Assembly: GCA_004297205.1 (NCBI GenBank) | Contig: SCUL01000002.1 | Location: forward strand, 6,429-70,428 | Source: Patescibacteria group bacterium | Lineage (GTDB): Bacteria > Patescibacteriota > Patescibacteriia > 2-12-FULL-57-11 | Direction of reading: 5' to 3' | DNA length: 64,000 nucleotides | Program-made: the position numbers and the translations under genes | In this document: positions 27,470 through 39,688 of the stretch, one piece after another | Layout of the letters: every line of letters starts with the position of its first letter | How positions within the stretch are numbered: the first letter of the stretch is position 1 | The notes under the pieces: model-generated | Seen by the model: the letters and a program-made list of their open reading frames with translations, nothing else | Told to the model about the DNA's origin: nothing | Database searches by the model: none

Positions 27470-27805
<336 letters not shown>

Positions 27806-27829
27806 ATCCGCATCGTCGCAGGAGCACGT

Positions 27830-28336
27830 ATGGAACTGATCAACACCCTCGGCATCGACTGGCGCATCCTGCTTTGGCAGGCCGCCGTCTTCCTCGTGCT
27901 CCTCGGCGTGCTCCGGAAGTTCGCCTACGGTCCGATCCTGGCCGCGCTCACCGCGCGTCGCGAGAAGATCGCGGTCGGACTTGCGGATGCCGAAGCGGCC
28001 GCGCAGGCCAAAGCCGAGGCGGAGCGGACGCGGCAGGAGATCGTGGCCGCCGCGCAAAAAGAGGCCGGCCGCATTATCGCCGACGCCGCCGCCGCTTCCG
28101 AGGCGCAGCGCGCGGAATCGTTGCTGCGGACGCGCGCCGAGGTGGAACGCCTGTTGCGCGAGGGCGATCAGCGTCTCGCGCAGGAACGCGCCGCCATGAT
28201 GGCCGGGGCGGAGGCCGAACTCGGCGGCGTGGTGAAAACGTCGCTCGAGAAGGTGCTCGGCCGCCTGGTCACGGAAAAGGACCATGAACGGCTGTTGGCG
28301 GACGCGCTTGCGGCCGCAAAGAAGGGCGGTCTGTGA
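27830..28336 (+). CDS. atpF: F0F1 ATP synthase subunit b
   Basis: Single N-terminal transmembrane segment followed by a long Ala/Glu/Arg-rich coiled coil. Confidence 0.9.
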   Translation: MELINTLGIDWRILLWQAAVFLVLLGVLRKFAYGPILAALTARREKIAVGLADAEAAAQAKAEAERTRQEIVAAAQKEAGRIIADAAAASEAQRAESLLRTRAEVERLLREGDQRLAQERAAMMAGAEAELGGVVKTSLEKVLGRLVTEKDHERLLADALAAAKKGGL

Positions 28337-28728
28337 GCACGCGCATCGCACCCCGCCACTACGCCGAAGCCCTGCTGCGCTTGTCGCGGCAGGGAATGGG
28401 CGATGCCGCGCTGACCGTGGCCGTGGACCGCGTGGCGGACGAGTTGGTCCGCGCCGGGCGCGCCGCCTGGCTCGACCAGGTGCTCGCGGAATTCACGCGC
28501 TTGGCCGGTGCCGACGCCGGACGGCGCGAGGTCCACGTGACGAGCGCGCAGCCGCTGCGCGAGACGGCCGCCGCGGCCGTAGCCGATGCCGCGGGCGTCG
28601 CTCCGGAAGCGCTCGACCTGCGCGAGCACGTCGACGCATCGCTTTTGGCCGGCGGACGGGTCGCGGCGGGCGACCGGATCGTCTCCGGGAGCGTCCGCGA
28701 CCGGCTCGATACGCTCTTTCCCGCATAA
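28333..28728 (+). CDS. atpH: F0F1 ATP synthase subunit delta (OSCP), short 131-aa form
   Basis: GTG start overlapping the atpF stop. C-terminal OSCP-like region (EVHVTSAQPL...LDLREHVDASLLAGGRVAAGDRIVSGSVRDRL). Confidence 0.75.
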   Translation: MSTRIAPRHYAEALLRLSRQGMGDAALTVAVDRVADELVRAGRAAWLDQVLAEFTRLAGADAGRREVHVTSAQPLRETAAAAVADAAGVAPEALDLREHVDASLLAGGRVAAGDRIVSGSVRDRLDTLFPA

Positions 28729-28770
28729 AAAGAACCCCCGCCCACATCCTTGAGAGGATGGATGGCGGGG

Positions 28771-29106
28771 TCACGCGTCCCGATAGTACCAGGACACGAA
28801 CTCCTCGTGCGCGGCGTTGATCAGAGCGACGTTGTTCAACGTCACGCCGAGTCCGATCTCGATCGTCAACTCTTCGGGCAGCCGGTCAACGTAGTGCTTG
28901 ACCTTCTGCTCGAGGGAGGTGAACGTCCGCCACTGCTCGAGGAACGTGGCGCGGCGATCCGCGTCCCGCGACCACCCACGCTCCTTGATCTGCTTCTCCA
29001 CCGCCTCGCGATCGCGGAAGTAGTGGAGGAGGAGATTCCAGAGCTCCTCAACGTCGAGCCGTTGTTCCGGGGGAATGGACCCGGAGCCGACGCGGTCCCG
29101 AGACAT
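28771..29106 (-). CDS. hypothetical protein (111 aa), antisense insert between atpH and atpA
   Basis: ATG at 29106 with an AGGAGGTG ribosome-binding site. Balanced composition. Fills the 424-bp gap inside the atp operon. Confidence 0.6.
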   Translation of the reverse strand: MSRDRVGSGSIPPEQRLDVEELWNLLLHYFRDREAVEKQIKERGWSRDADRRATFLEQWRTFTSLEQKVKHYVDRLPEELTIEIGLGVTLNNVALINAAHEEFVSWYYRDA

Positions 29107-29152
29107 ACGCACCTCCTTTCGGAACACACGAGCCTAGCTCAAACATACACTT

Positions 29153-30658
<1,506 letters not shown>

Positions 30659-30660
30659 CC

Positions 30661-31599
30661 ATGGCGATTTCCCCGCGCATCATCCGGCGGCGCATCAAGT
30701 CCGTCGCCAACACCCGCAAGATCACCCGCGCCATGGAACTCGTGGCCGCGGCCAAAATGCGCCGTGCCGTGGCCGCCTCGCAGCGCTCCAAAGCCTACGC
30801 CGGCCTGGCCCGCGACATGTTGGCGCACCTTGCCGCCGTGACCGAACCGGAAGCGCACGTGCTGCTCGCCGCGAAGCCGGTCGAACGGATCCTGCTCATC
30901 GTCATCACCAGCCATCGCGGCTTGTGCGGCGGCTTCAACGCCAACATCCTGCGGCGCGCCGTGGCCCAGGCCAAATCGCCGGAGCGCATGGCCGTGCAGC
31001 GCGTGGCCGGCACCGCGGACATCCTGCCCGTCGGCAACGTGGCCGTGAACGTGGTGGCCGTGGGCCGCAAAGGCGAGGATGCCTTCCGGCGCGCCAACGT
31101 GCCGGTGGTGGCCTCGTTCCGCATCGCCGGCGACCTCCCGACCGCGGCCGAAGCGCGGCCCATCGCCCAGCTCGCGATGCGCGAGTTCCAGGAGGGGAAG
31201 TACGAAAAGGTTGTGGTAGCCTACACGGATTTCGTCTCGTCGCTCGTCCAGGTGCCGAAGTTCCGGCAGGTGTTGCCGGTCTCGCCGGTCGACATGGAAA
31301 AGATGCTGGCCGGTGACGAAGCGGCTCCGACCCTCTCGAAGCAGGAGACGATCTTCGAACCGGACGCGGCGCGCGTGCTCGACCAGATGTTGCCGCGGTT
31401 GGTGGAGGTGCTGACCTACCAGGCGATGCTCGAATCGTCCGCCTCCGAACACTCGGCGCGCATGCTGGCCATGCGCAACGCCTCGGACGCGGCCGGCGAG
31501 ATGATCGACGACCTGACCTTGACCTACAACGGCGCGCGCCAGGCCGGCATCACCCGCGAGATCGCCGAGATCGCCGCCGGCAGCGCGGCGCAAGAATAA
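30661..31599 (+). CDS. atpG: F0F1 ATP synthase subunit gamma
   Basis: MAISPRIIRRRIKSVANTRKITRAMELVAAAKMRRA N-terminus. C-terminal AMRNASDAAGEMIDDLTLTYNGARQAGITREI. Confidence 0.93.
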   Translation: MAISPRIIRRRIKSVANTRKITRAMELVAAAKMRRAVAASQRSKAYAGLARDMLAHLAAVTEPEAHVLLAAKPVERILLIVITSHRGLCGGFNANILRRAVAQAKSPERMAVQRVAGTADILPVGNVAVNVVAVGRKGEDAFRRANVPVVASFRIAGDLPTAAEARPIAQLAMREFQEGKYEKVVVAYTDFVSSLVQVPKFRQVLPVSPVDMEKMLAGDEAAPTLSKQETIFEPDAARVLDQMLPRLVEVLTYQAMLESSASEHSARMLAMRNASDAAGEMIDDLTLTYNGARQAGITREIAEIAAGSAAQE

Positions 31600-31636
31600 A
31601 AAAGAGGCGTCCTTCCCGGGAGACCGCTAGCCGAGG

Positions 31637-31876
31637 CTAGTAGTCCGCCGAGAGGGACGCGGGCGTGTTCAGCCGGCCGCAGTTCGGGCACTGCTTCCCC
31701 TCGGGAGGGGAGGCGCCGCCGAGCACGGTGCCGCACTGACCGCAGCGGTCCGGAAGCGGTCCGGTCTGCACCACGCGGAAGGTCTCCCCCGGGGGGAGCG
31801 CCTGACGCGGCGGAGCGATCGGCGTTACGCTGCGAACCGCGGGTTGAGACGAATCACGATCGATGAGACTACCCAT
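31637..31876 (-). CDS. small zinc-ribbon protein (79 aa; CxxC...CxxC), antisense insert between atpG and atpD
   Basis: GGAGG ribosome-binding site with 5-nt spacing. Motifs CGQCG...CPNCG. Composition is Pro/Ala-rich, so it could be a chance ORF. Confidence 0.4.
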   Translation of the reverse strand: MGSLIDRDSSQPAVRSVTPIAPPRQALPPGETFRVVQTGPLPDRCGQCGTVLGGASPPEGKQCPNCGRLNTPASLSADY

Positions 31877-31878
31877 GA

Positions 31879-33291
<1,413 letters not shown>

Positions 33292-33293
33292 TC

Positions 33294-33740
33294 ATGCCGT
33301 TGCATTTCGAAATCACGTCGCCCGAACGGCTCGTCCTTAAGGACGAGATCGACCAGGTCTCCATCCCGACCGCGATGGGGGAGATCACCGTGCTGCCCGG
33401 CCACGTCCCGCTCGTCGCCGAGCTCGTGCCGGGCGAGTTGCGCGTCAAACGCAACGGCGAGCAGCACTTCTACGCCGTGGCCGGCGGCTTCGTCGAGGTC
33501 CAACCGGACGACCGCGTCGTCATTCTTGCTGATGCCGTCGAGCGCGACGACGAACTGGACATCACGGCCATAGAGGCGGCCGAGGAACGCGCCCGCAAGG
33601 CGCTGAGCGAGCAGACGCGCATGGACGATACGGCCTTTGCCGCCGCCGCGGCCGCCCTGGAGCACGAGATGGCGCGTCTGCGGGTGGCCCGCAAGCGCGC
33701 GCCGCGGTCCACGCCGGTCACACGGAAGGGCGCGGAGTAA
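33294..33740 (+). CDS. atpC: F0F1 ATP synthase subunit epsilon
   Basis: N-terminal beta-sandwich region (MPLHFEITSPERLVL...ITVLPGHVPL) and C-terminal helical region. Confidence 0.88.
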   Translation: MPLHFEITSPERLVLKDEIDQVSIPTAMGEITVLPGHVPLVAELVPGELRVKRNGEQHFYAVAGGFVEVQPDDRVVILADAVERDDELDITAIEAAEERARKALSEQTRMDDTAFAAAAAALEHEMARLRVARKRAPRSTPVTRKGAE

Positions 33741-33756
33741 CGTTATCCACAAAAAA

Positions 33757-33777
33757 CGGCCCTCCGGCCGCTTTTTT
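33757..33777 (+). terminator. rho-independent terminator after atpC
   Basis: aaaaaa cggcc ctcc ggccg cttttttg. Confidence 0.7.
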
Positions 33778-33780
33778 GTA

Positions 33781-33809
33781 TTGACCCGGTCCCGATCCGG
33801 CGGTACGAT
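33781..33809 (+). promoter_or_regulatory. sigma70-like promoter for sulP (TTGACC-17 nt-TACGAT)
   Basis: -35 at 33781-33786, 17-nt spacer, -10 at 33804-33809. A short cccgtc tga gacggg hairpin follows in the leader. Confidence 0.5.
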
Positions 33810-33853
33810 CTTGGCCCCCGTCTGAGACGGGCATGACATTTTGCCTTTCCTCC

Positions 33854-35479
33854 ATGCGTTCTCTCACCGCGAAACTGAAACAGAACTGGAAATCCGGCGT
33901 CACGGTTTCGTTGGTTTCGATTCCGCTCTCCGTCTCGCTGGCCGTCGCTTCACACGCATCGCCGTCGATGGGCATCGTGACCGCCGTCTGGGCAGGACTC
34001 GTCGCCTCGCTGTTCGGCGGCAGCAATTTCAACATCGTCGGTCCGACCGGCGCGCTCTCCGGACTGCTGGCCATGTACGCCATGACGCATGGCGCGGGCA
34101 CCCTCCCGATGTTGGCGCTCTTGTCCGGCGCGCTGATCCTGATCGCCCAGCTGTTGCGCATGGAACGCTATCTGGTGCTGGTGCCGGGCAGCGCCATCCA
34201 CGGGTTCACGCTCGGCGTGGCCTTCATCATCGGCCTGAACCAGATGAATTTCGCGCTCGGTTTGTCCGGGCTTGAAACGCACGAGAAATTCATCCAGAAC
34301 GTCGTCGAATCCGCGCGGCACGTCGGCTCGGCCTCGCTGCCGGTCGTCCTGGTATTCGCCGTCTCGCTGACGTTCCTGTTCCTGTTCAAAAAGTTTCGGC
34401 CCAAGCTGCCGGGCGCCATCCTGCTTGCGCCGCTCGGCATCCTCGCCGGTTATGCGGGGTCGGCAGGCATGCTGCCGTTCCACCTGCCCACGCTCGGCGC
34501 GCTCTATCCCTCCATCGCCGGCGGATTGTTCCTGCCGTACACGTTCGTTTTCAAACAGACCATGATCGCACCGGCGTTCGCCATCGCGCTCATCGCCATC
34601 ATCGAAACCATGGTTTCGGCCAAAATCGCCGACGGCATGACCAAGACGAAGTATCACAAACAAAACGAAATGCGCGGGTTGGCGCTGGCCAACATCGCGT
34701 CCGGCGTCATGGGCGGCATGCCGGCGACGGCGGCGCTGGCCCGGACTTCGCTGAACGTCAAAACCGGCGCCGACGACAAGCTGTCGGCGACGATCAGCAG
34801 CATCGGCGTGGGCGTCATCTCCCTGGTGTTCCTCGGCTACTTCACCTACATCCCGCTGGCGGTCATCGCCGCCATCCTCGTGTACGTCGCCGTCCAGATG
34901 GTCGAAGCCGAGCACTTCAAGCGGATGTTCGCGCACGACCGCAAAAGCTTCTTCGTCGCCATCTTCGTGGCCTTCGTGACGATCTACGTGGACCCCATCG
35001 TCGGCATCATCCTGGGAGTCGGCATCGCCCTGCTCATCCTGGTGGAGAAGCTCTCCCGTGGACAGTTCGACCTGATCGTCAACGACCAGAACAAAAAGAT
35101 CGTCCGACACATCACCGGAGAGAAGCTGCAGGAGATTACGGAGGGGTCCAACACCATCGTCTATTCCATCGGCGGACTGCTGTGTTACGTCAACGGCGAA
35201 GCGCACCTGGAACGGTTCCATCGCAGGCTCAACGGTTTTGAAAACATCATTTTGCGGCTGCGCGACGTCTATTACGTGGACATCGACGGCGCCGAGGCCA
35301 TGGATGAAATCATCCGGGTGATCCAGGCGAAGGGAAAGAACGTCTTTGTCTCCAGCGTGAACCCGCTGATCGACGAAATGTTGAATGAGAGCGAGGCGTA
35401 CAAGAATCTGAAGGCGGACGGGAACGTTTTTGAAAAAAGCTCGGACGTCCTCAAGCACCTCGGATTCCGCATCGCCTAA
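33854..35479 (+). CDS. SulP-family anion (sulfate/bicarbonate) permease with C-terminal STAS domain
   Basis: Conserved SulP N-terminal motif (SLVSIPLSVSLAVAS), about 11-12 transmembrane segments, C-terminal STAS-like domain. Alternative start at 33833. Confidence 0.88.
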   Translation: MRSLTAKLKQNWKSGVTVSLVSIPLSVSLAVASHASPSMGIVTAVWAGLVASLFGGSNFNIVGPTGALSGLLAMYAMTHGAGTLPMLALLSGALILIAQLLRMERYLVLVPGSAIHGFTLGVAFIIGLNQMNFALGLSGLETHEKFIQNVVESARHVGSASLPVVLVFAVSLTFLFLFKKFRPKLPGAILLAPLGILAGYAGSAGMLPFHLPTLGALYPSIAGGLFLPYTFVFKQTMIAPAFAIALIAIIETMVSAKIADGMTKTKYHKQNEMRGLALANIASGVMGGMPATAALARTSLNVKTGADDKLSATISSIGVGVISLVFLGYFTYIPLAVIAAILVYVAVQMVEAEHFKRMFAHDRKSFFVAIFVAFVTIYVDPIVGIILGVGIALLILVEKLSRGQFDLIVNDQNKKIVRHITGEKLQEITEGSNTIVYSIGGLLCYVNGEAHLERFHRRLNGFENIILRLRDVYYVDIDGAEAMDEIIRVIQAKGKNVFVSSVNPLIDEMLNESEAYKNLKADGNVFEKSSDVLKHLGFRIA

Positions 35480-35502
35480 AAAAAGAGCCCCGCCATCGTC
35501 CC

Positions 35503-35919
35503 TCACCTTCGGAAGGGGGACGGCGGGGTCATCAACTTCGCCATCAGCTCCAGGAGAGCGTCGATGCCGAAGGGTTTGTCCATCGCGTGGATGGTCGGGT
35601 CCTTGGCGGCAAGTGCGAGCCGCTGGGCCGCGCCTGCGTCGCCGCTCATGAGCACCACCTTGAGATGAGGTGCGATCCCTCGGGCGAGCTTGATGAGCTC
35701 CGGCCCGTTCATGTGCGGCATCTGGTAGTCGGTGATCAGGATGTCCAGGGAAGCGTCGACCTTCCCCAGTCCCTCCGCGCCGTCGCTGGCGAACTCGACG
35801 ACCACCTGTCCTTTCAGGCGATACATCAGGCTACGACGGATCGCGGACGGATACTGCGGGTCGTCGTCGACGATCAGGATCCGCCAGACCTTCTTCGGTC
35901 CTTCGTCACTCTTTTCCAT
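35503..35919 (-). CDS. stand-alone response-regulator receiver domain (CheY-like)
   Basis: ILIVDDD, phospho-acceptor Asp context ILITDYQMP, and a conserved Lys region. 139 aa with no output domain. Divergent from the helicase gene. Confidence 0.8.
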   Translation of the reverse strand: MEKSDEGPKKVWRILIVDDDPQYPSAIRRSLMYRLKGQVVVEFASDGAEGLGKVDASLDILITDYQMPHMNGPELIKLARGIAPHLKVVLMSGDAGAAQRLALAAKDPTIHAMDKPFGIDALLELMAKLMTPPSPFRR

Positions 35920-35978
35920 CCGCCATTGCCTCCTGCAAAGGGGAAGTGGGAGGATAGCAGCTGCGAACCCCACTGTCA

Positions 35979-38924
35979 ATGCAGCCCGAGGACCTTCTTT
36001 CCGGCCTGAACCCCGAACAGACGGCCGCCGTCACCCATGACCGCGGGCCGCTTTTGATCGTGGCCGGCGCGGGCACCGGCAAGACCAACGTCATCACCAG
36101 GCGCATCGGCTGGCTGATGGCATCCGGCAGGGCCACGGCCGAGGAGATCCTGGCGCTGACATTCACGGAAAAGGCGGCCGGCGAAATGGAAGAGCGCGTC
36201 GACCGGCTGCTGCCGCTCGGGTACGGCGACCTCTGGATCTGCACCTTCCACGGTTTCGGCGAACGCGTGCTGCGCGAGCGCGGACTCGAAATCGGCCTGC
36301 CGCGGACCTTTCCGGTCTACGACGAAACGGCCCAGGCCATGCTGATGCGCCGGAAATGGGAGGCGCTGGCACTCGACTACTACAAACCGCTCGGCAACCC
36401 CACCAAGTTCCTGCAGGCGCTGGTCTCGCATTTTTCCCGCGTCCAGGACGAATTGGTCGGGCCGGAGGAATACCTGAAGCACGCCCAAGCCGCCGCGCTC
36501 GACGGCGACGCGGCGACGAGCGAGGAGCGCACCGCCGAAGCTAAACGGCTGGCGGAAGTGGCCGAAGCCTATCACGCCTACAAACGCCTCTTGCGCGAGG
36601 AGGGCGCGCTCGACTTTTCCGATTTAATCAACGAGACGCTTCGCCTGTTCAAGGAGCGGCCGCACATCCTGGCCGAGTTCCGGAAACGTTTCCGCTATAT
36701 CCTGGTCGACGAATTCCAGGACACCAACTGGGCGCAGTACGAACTGGTGAAGCTGCTCACGGGCGAGGACCGCAACGTGACCGTGGTCGGCGACGACGAC
36801 CAGTCCATCTACAAGTTCCGCGGCGCTTCGGTCTCCAACATTCTCGATTTTGAACGCGACTTCGGCGGCGTGGCGCGCGTCGTGCTGACGCGCAACTACC
36901 GCAGCCGCCAGGAGATTCTCGATTGCGCCTACGGCTTCATCCAGAACAACAATCCGGACCGGCTTGAGGTGACGCTCGGCGAGGGGCTCAGCAAGCGCCT
37001 GGTGGCGGAGCGGGGGAGCGGCGGCATCATCGAACGGCTGCACGGCAAAACCATCGGCGACGAGGCGCGGCTGGTGATCGAGAGAATCCGGTCGCTGAAG
37101 GATGCCGATCCGGACACGAGCTGGAACGACTTCGCCGTGTTGGTCCGCGCCAACGACCACGCCGAACCGTTCCTGCACGCCATGAAGGCGCGCGGCATCC
37201 CGCACGAGTTCATGGGCGCGCGCGGCCTGTACACCGCGCCGATCGCCCTCGACATCCTGGCCTACCTGCGGCTGCTGATCGATCCGTTCGACTCGCCGTC
37301 GTGCTATCGCGTGCTGACCACGCCGGTCGTATCCGTGCAGCCCCGCTCAGCGGGGCTGCCGCACGACGCGTTGATCGCGCTGACCCACCACGCCGACAAA
37401 AAGAGCATGTCGTTGTTCGAAGCATGCCGACGCGCGGAATCGGTGCCGGGCGTGGATGCCGACAGTCTGACCGCGTTGCGCCGCTTCACCGGTCTCATCG
37501 ACCGGCACGGCTTTGACGCGCGCCGCGCGCCGATCGGGACGGTGCTCCTGGCCATGCTCCATGAGAGCGGCTATCTCAAGGCATTGGCCAACCAGAGCGA
37601 GGAGATGAGCCGCGAGGCCATGCGCGTGCTCCAGCAGTTTTGGAAGGACATCGAACGGTTTGCGGCGGAAGAGGCGGAGCCGACGACGGCGCGCTTCCTG
37701 GCGCATGTCCGCATGCAGCTCGAAACGGGCGACTCCGGTTTTCTGCCGGCCGATCCGGAAGCCGGACCGGAACTGGTCCGCGTCATGACGGCGCATGCCG
37801 CCAAAGGCCTGGAGTTCGCCAACGTCTTCATCGTCAACTTGGTCGACCGCCGCTTTCCGACCTCGGAGCGGCGTGACGCGATTCCCGTCCCTGAACCGTT
37901 CATCAAGGAGCATCTGCCGAAGGGGGATGCGCACCTTCAGGAAGAACGGCGTCTGTTTTATGTGGCGCTGACCCGCGCCCGCGACCGGCTCTTCCTGACC
38001 TCGGCCGACGACTACGGCGGTAGCCGCGCCAAAAAACCGTCGCGCTTCCTCGGCGAAGCCGGATTCGGGCCGGTCGCCGCGGAAAGCCGTGAGCCGGTCG
38101 TGGAAGTCACGCCGCAAGCGCGGCCGGCCTTCGGTGCCCTGAAGTTGCCGGAGCGCATGAGCTTCACGCAGTTCGCGGCCTTCGAGAAATGCCCGCTCCA
38201 ATACAAGTACGAGCACCTGCTGCGCATTCCCAAGCGCGGCAACGAGAACCAGAGTTTCGGGCAGTCCGTGCACGGCACGCTGCAGGAAGCATTCGAGCGC
38301 TACCGGGCGCGCACCTCCGCATCCACGCCGACGCTCTTCGATCAGGCGCCCGCGGCCGTCAAAAAACCGTTCGGCGAAATCGTGTCCACGGAAGAGCTGC
38401 TCGAGACGTACCGCGAGCGGTTCGTCGACGAGTGGTATGCCAGCGCTGAAGCGCGGACGAAGCGTTACGAGACGGGACGCAAGGCACTGATGAGTTATGC
38501 GAAGCGCATCGCCGAGCAGACGTTCGAGCTGGCCGGGATCGAAGTCGGCTTCACGCTGAAGTTCGGCGAGACCGTCGTCAAAGGCCGGATCGACCGCATC
38601 GACCGTCTGCCGGACGGCACGGTCCAGATCATCGACTACAAAACCGGGAAGGCGAAAGAAGATCCTGACCGCGACCAATTGCTCATCTACCAACTGGCGG
38701 CGCTGCGCGTGCTGAACCTGAAGCCGTCGAAGCTCACCTACCACTATCTGGAAGGGGACAGTGAGTTCACCTTCCTCGGCACGAATGAGGAGCTGTCTGA
38801 ATGTGAAGGACGCATCGAAGGACTGATCGGCAAGATGCGGACCAGCGACTTCCATCCGACGCCCGGCCCGCAGGTCTGCAAGTTCTGCGATTTCCGCGAG
38901 ATTTGCGAATCGCGCGCCGTCTAA
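35979..38924 (+). CDS. UvrD/PcrA-like superfamily-1 helicase fused to a C-terminal PD-(D/E)XK nuclease domain with a 4-Cys (Fe-S, Cas4/AddB-like) cluster
   Basis: Walker A GAGTGKT and Walker B DEFQDT in the helicase core. The C-terminal region has CPLQYKY...IIDYKTGK...CKFCDFREIC, typical of RecB/Cas4-family nucleases with an iron-sulfur cluster. Confidence 0.9.
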   Translation: MQPEDLLSGLNPEQTAAVTHDRGPLLIVAGAGTGKTNVITRRIGWLMASGRATAEEILALTFTEKAAGEMEERVDRLLPLGYGDLWICTFHGFGERVLRERGLEIGLPRTFPVYDETAQAMLMRRKWEALALDYYKPLGNPTKFLQALVSHFSRVQDELVGPEEYLKHAQAAALDGDAATSEERTAEAKRLAEVAEAYHAYKRLLREEGALDFSDLINETLRLFKERPHILAEFRKRFRYILVDEFQDTNWAQYELVKLLTGEDRNVTVVGDDDQSIYKFRGASVSNILDFERDFGGVARVVLTRNYRSRQEILDCAYGFIQNNNPDRLEVTLGEGLSKRLVAERGSGGIIERLHGKTIGDEARLVIERIRSLKDADPDTSWNDFAVLVRANDHAEPFLHAMKARGIPHEFMGARGLYTAPIALDILAYLRLLIDPFDSPSCYRVLTTPVVSVQPRSAGLPHDALIALTHHADKKSMSLFEACRRAESVPGVDADSLTALRRFTGLIDRHGFDARRAPIGTVLLAMLHESGYLKALANQSEEMSREAMRVLQQFWKDIERFAAEEAEPTTARFLAHVRMQLETGDSGFLPADPEAGPELVRVMTAHAAKGLEFANVFIVNLVDRRFPTSERRDAIPVPEPFIKEHLPKGDAHLQEERRLFYVALTRARDRLFLTSADDYGGSRAKKPSRFLGEAGFGPVAAESREPVVEVTPQARPAFGALKLPERMSFTQFAAFEKCPLQYKYEHLLRIPKRGNENQSFGQSVHGTLQEAFERYRARTSASTPTLFDQAPAAVKKPFGEIVSTEELLETYRERFVDEWYASAEARTKRYETGRKALMSYAKRIAEQTFELAGIEVGFTLKFGETVVKGRIDRIDRLPDGTVQIIDYKTGKAKEDPDRDQLLIYQLAALRVLNLKPSKLTYHYLEGDSEFTFLGTNEELSECEGRIEGLIGKMRTSDFHPTPGPQVCKFCDFREICESRAV

Positions 38925-38927
38925 CAT

Positions 38928-39224
38928 ATGGCATTTGTTCCGCTCGGCAGCCTCCTCAAGAAGCAGATACAGGCCAAACCCGGCGTCTCCGGTCCGGTGC
39001 AGGCGTCGCGCGTCGTGCTGCGGGCCTGCGACGTGGTCACGGCCAAGTTCCCGGCGCTGGCGCCTCGTCTCACGGTCGTCTCTTTCCGGGACGGCGTGCT
39101 GACCGTGAAGGCGGCCAGCGGGGCGGCGGCCGCGGAAACCCGCCTGCGTGAGACGCAACTGCTTGCGGCCCTGCGCGACGAGGTCGGTCCGGGCGTGGTG
39201 CGGTCGTTGCGAGTCCGTCTCTAA
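38928..39224 (+). CDS. DUF721-like (DciA-like) small protein
   Basis: 98 aa whose pattern resembles DUF721. Family assignment is tentative. Confidence 0.45.
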   Translation: MAFVPLGSLLKKQIQAKPGVSGPVQASRVVLRACDVVTAKFPALAPRLTVVSFRDGVLTVKAASGAAAAETRLRETQLLAALRDEVGPGVVRSLRVRL

Positions 39225-39241
39225 GAACGTAAAATGCCGGC

Positions 39242-39625
39242 ATGACCTTCCGCCAGTACATTCTGGCCATGGGACTCGGCACGGTGATCGCCTGGGCGGC
39301 GTTCCTGCTCATCGTCGCCTTGGTGGATCCGCTTTCGGCCGGCACCCTCGGCCTTATTTTCTTCTATGTGGCGCTGGCCGTGGCCACCTCCGGTACGCTG
39401 GCGCTGATCGGGCTGTTCGTACGCACGGTGGTGGTCCGAACGCAGGACGTGCTCTCCAAACAGGTCACGCATTCCTTCCGGGAAGGTTTTCTCGTCGCCC
39501 TGCTGCTCGTGGCCGCGCTCGTTTTGCAAAGCCGCGGGATGCTCAGCGTCCTGAACACCACGCTGCTGCTCGCGGTGCTCGTTTTGACGGAATTTTTCTT
39601 CCTGTCGTACCGACCGCGCGGCTGA
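39242..39625 (+). CDS. hypothetical membrane protein (127 aa, 4 transmembrane segments)
   Basis: Hydrophobic segments alternating with charged loops. No family recognised. Confidence 0.5.
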   Translation: MTFRQYILAMGLGTVIAWAAFLLIVALVDPLSAGTLGLIFFYVALAVATSGTLALIGLFVRTVVVRTQDVLSKQVTHSFREGFLVALLLVAALVLQSRGMLSVLNTTLLLAVLVLTEFFFLSYRPRG

Positions 39626-39646
39626 TTTTGGGGCCTTCCGGCGGCC

Positions 39647-39675
39647 TTGCCAGTGTCTGGCTGCGCCAGTACACT
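39647..39675 (+). promoter_or_regulatory. possible promoter for the mre operon (TTGCCA-17 nt-TACACT)
   Basis: Hexamers at 39647-39652 and 39670-39675. The -10 ends 13 nt before mreB ATG 39689. Confidence 0.4.
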
Positions 39676-39688
39676 TTTTCGGAACGGT

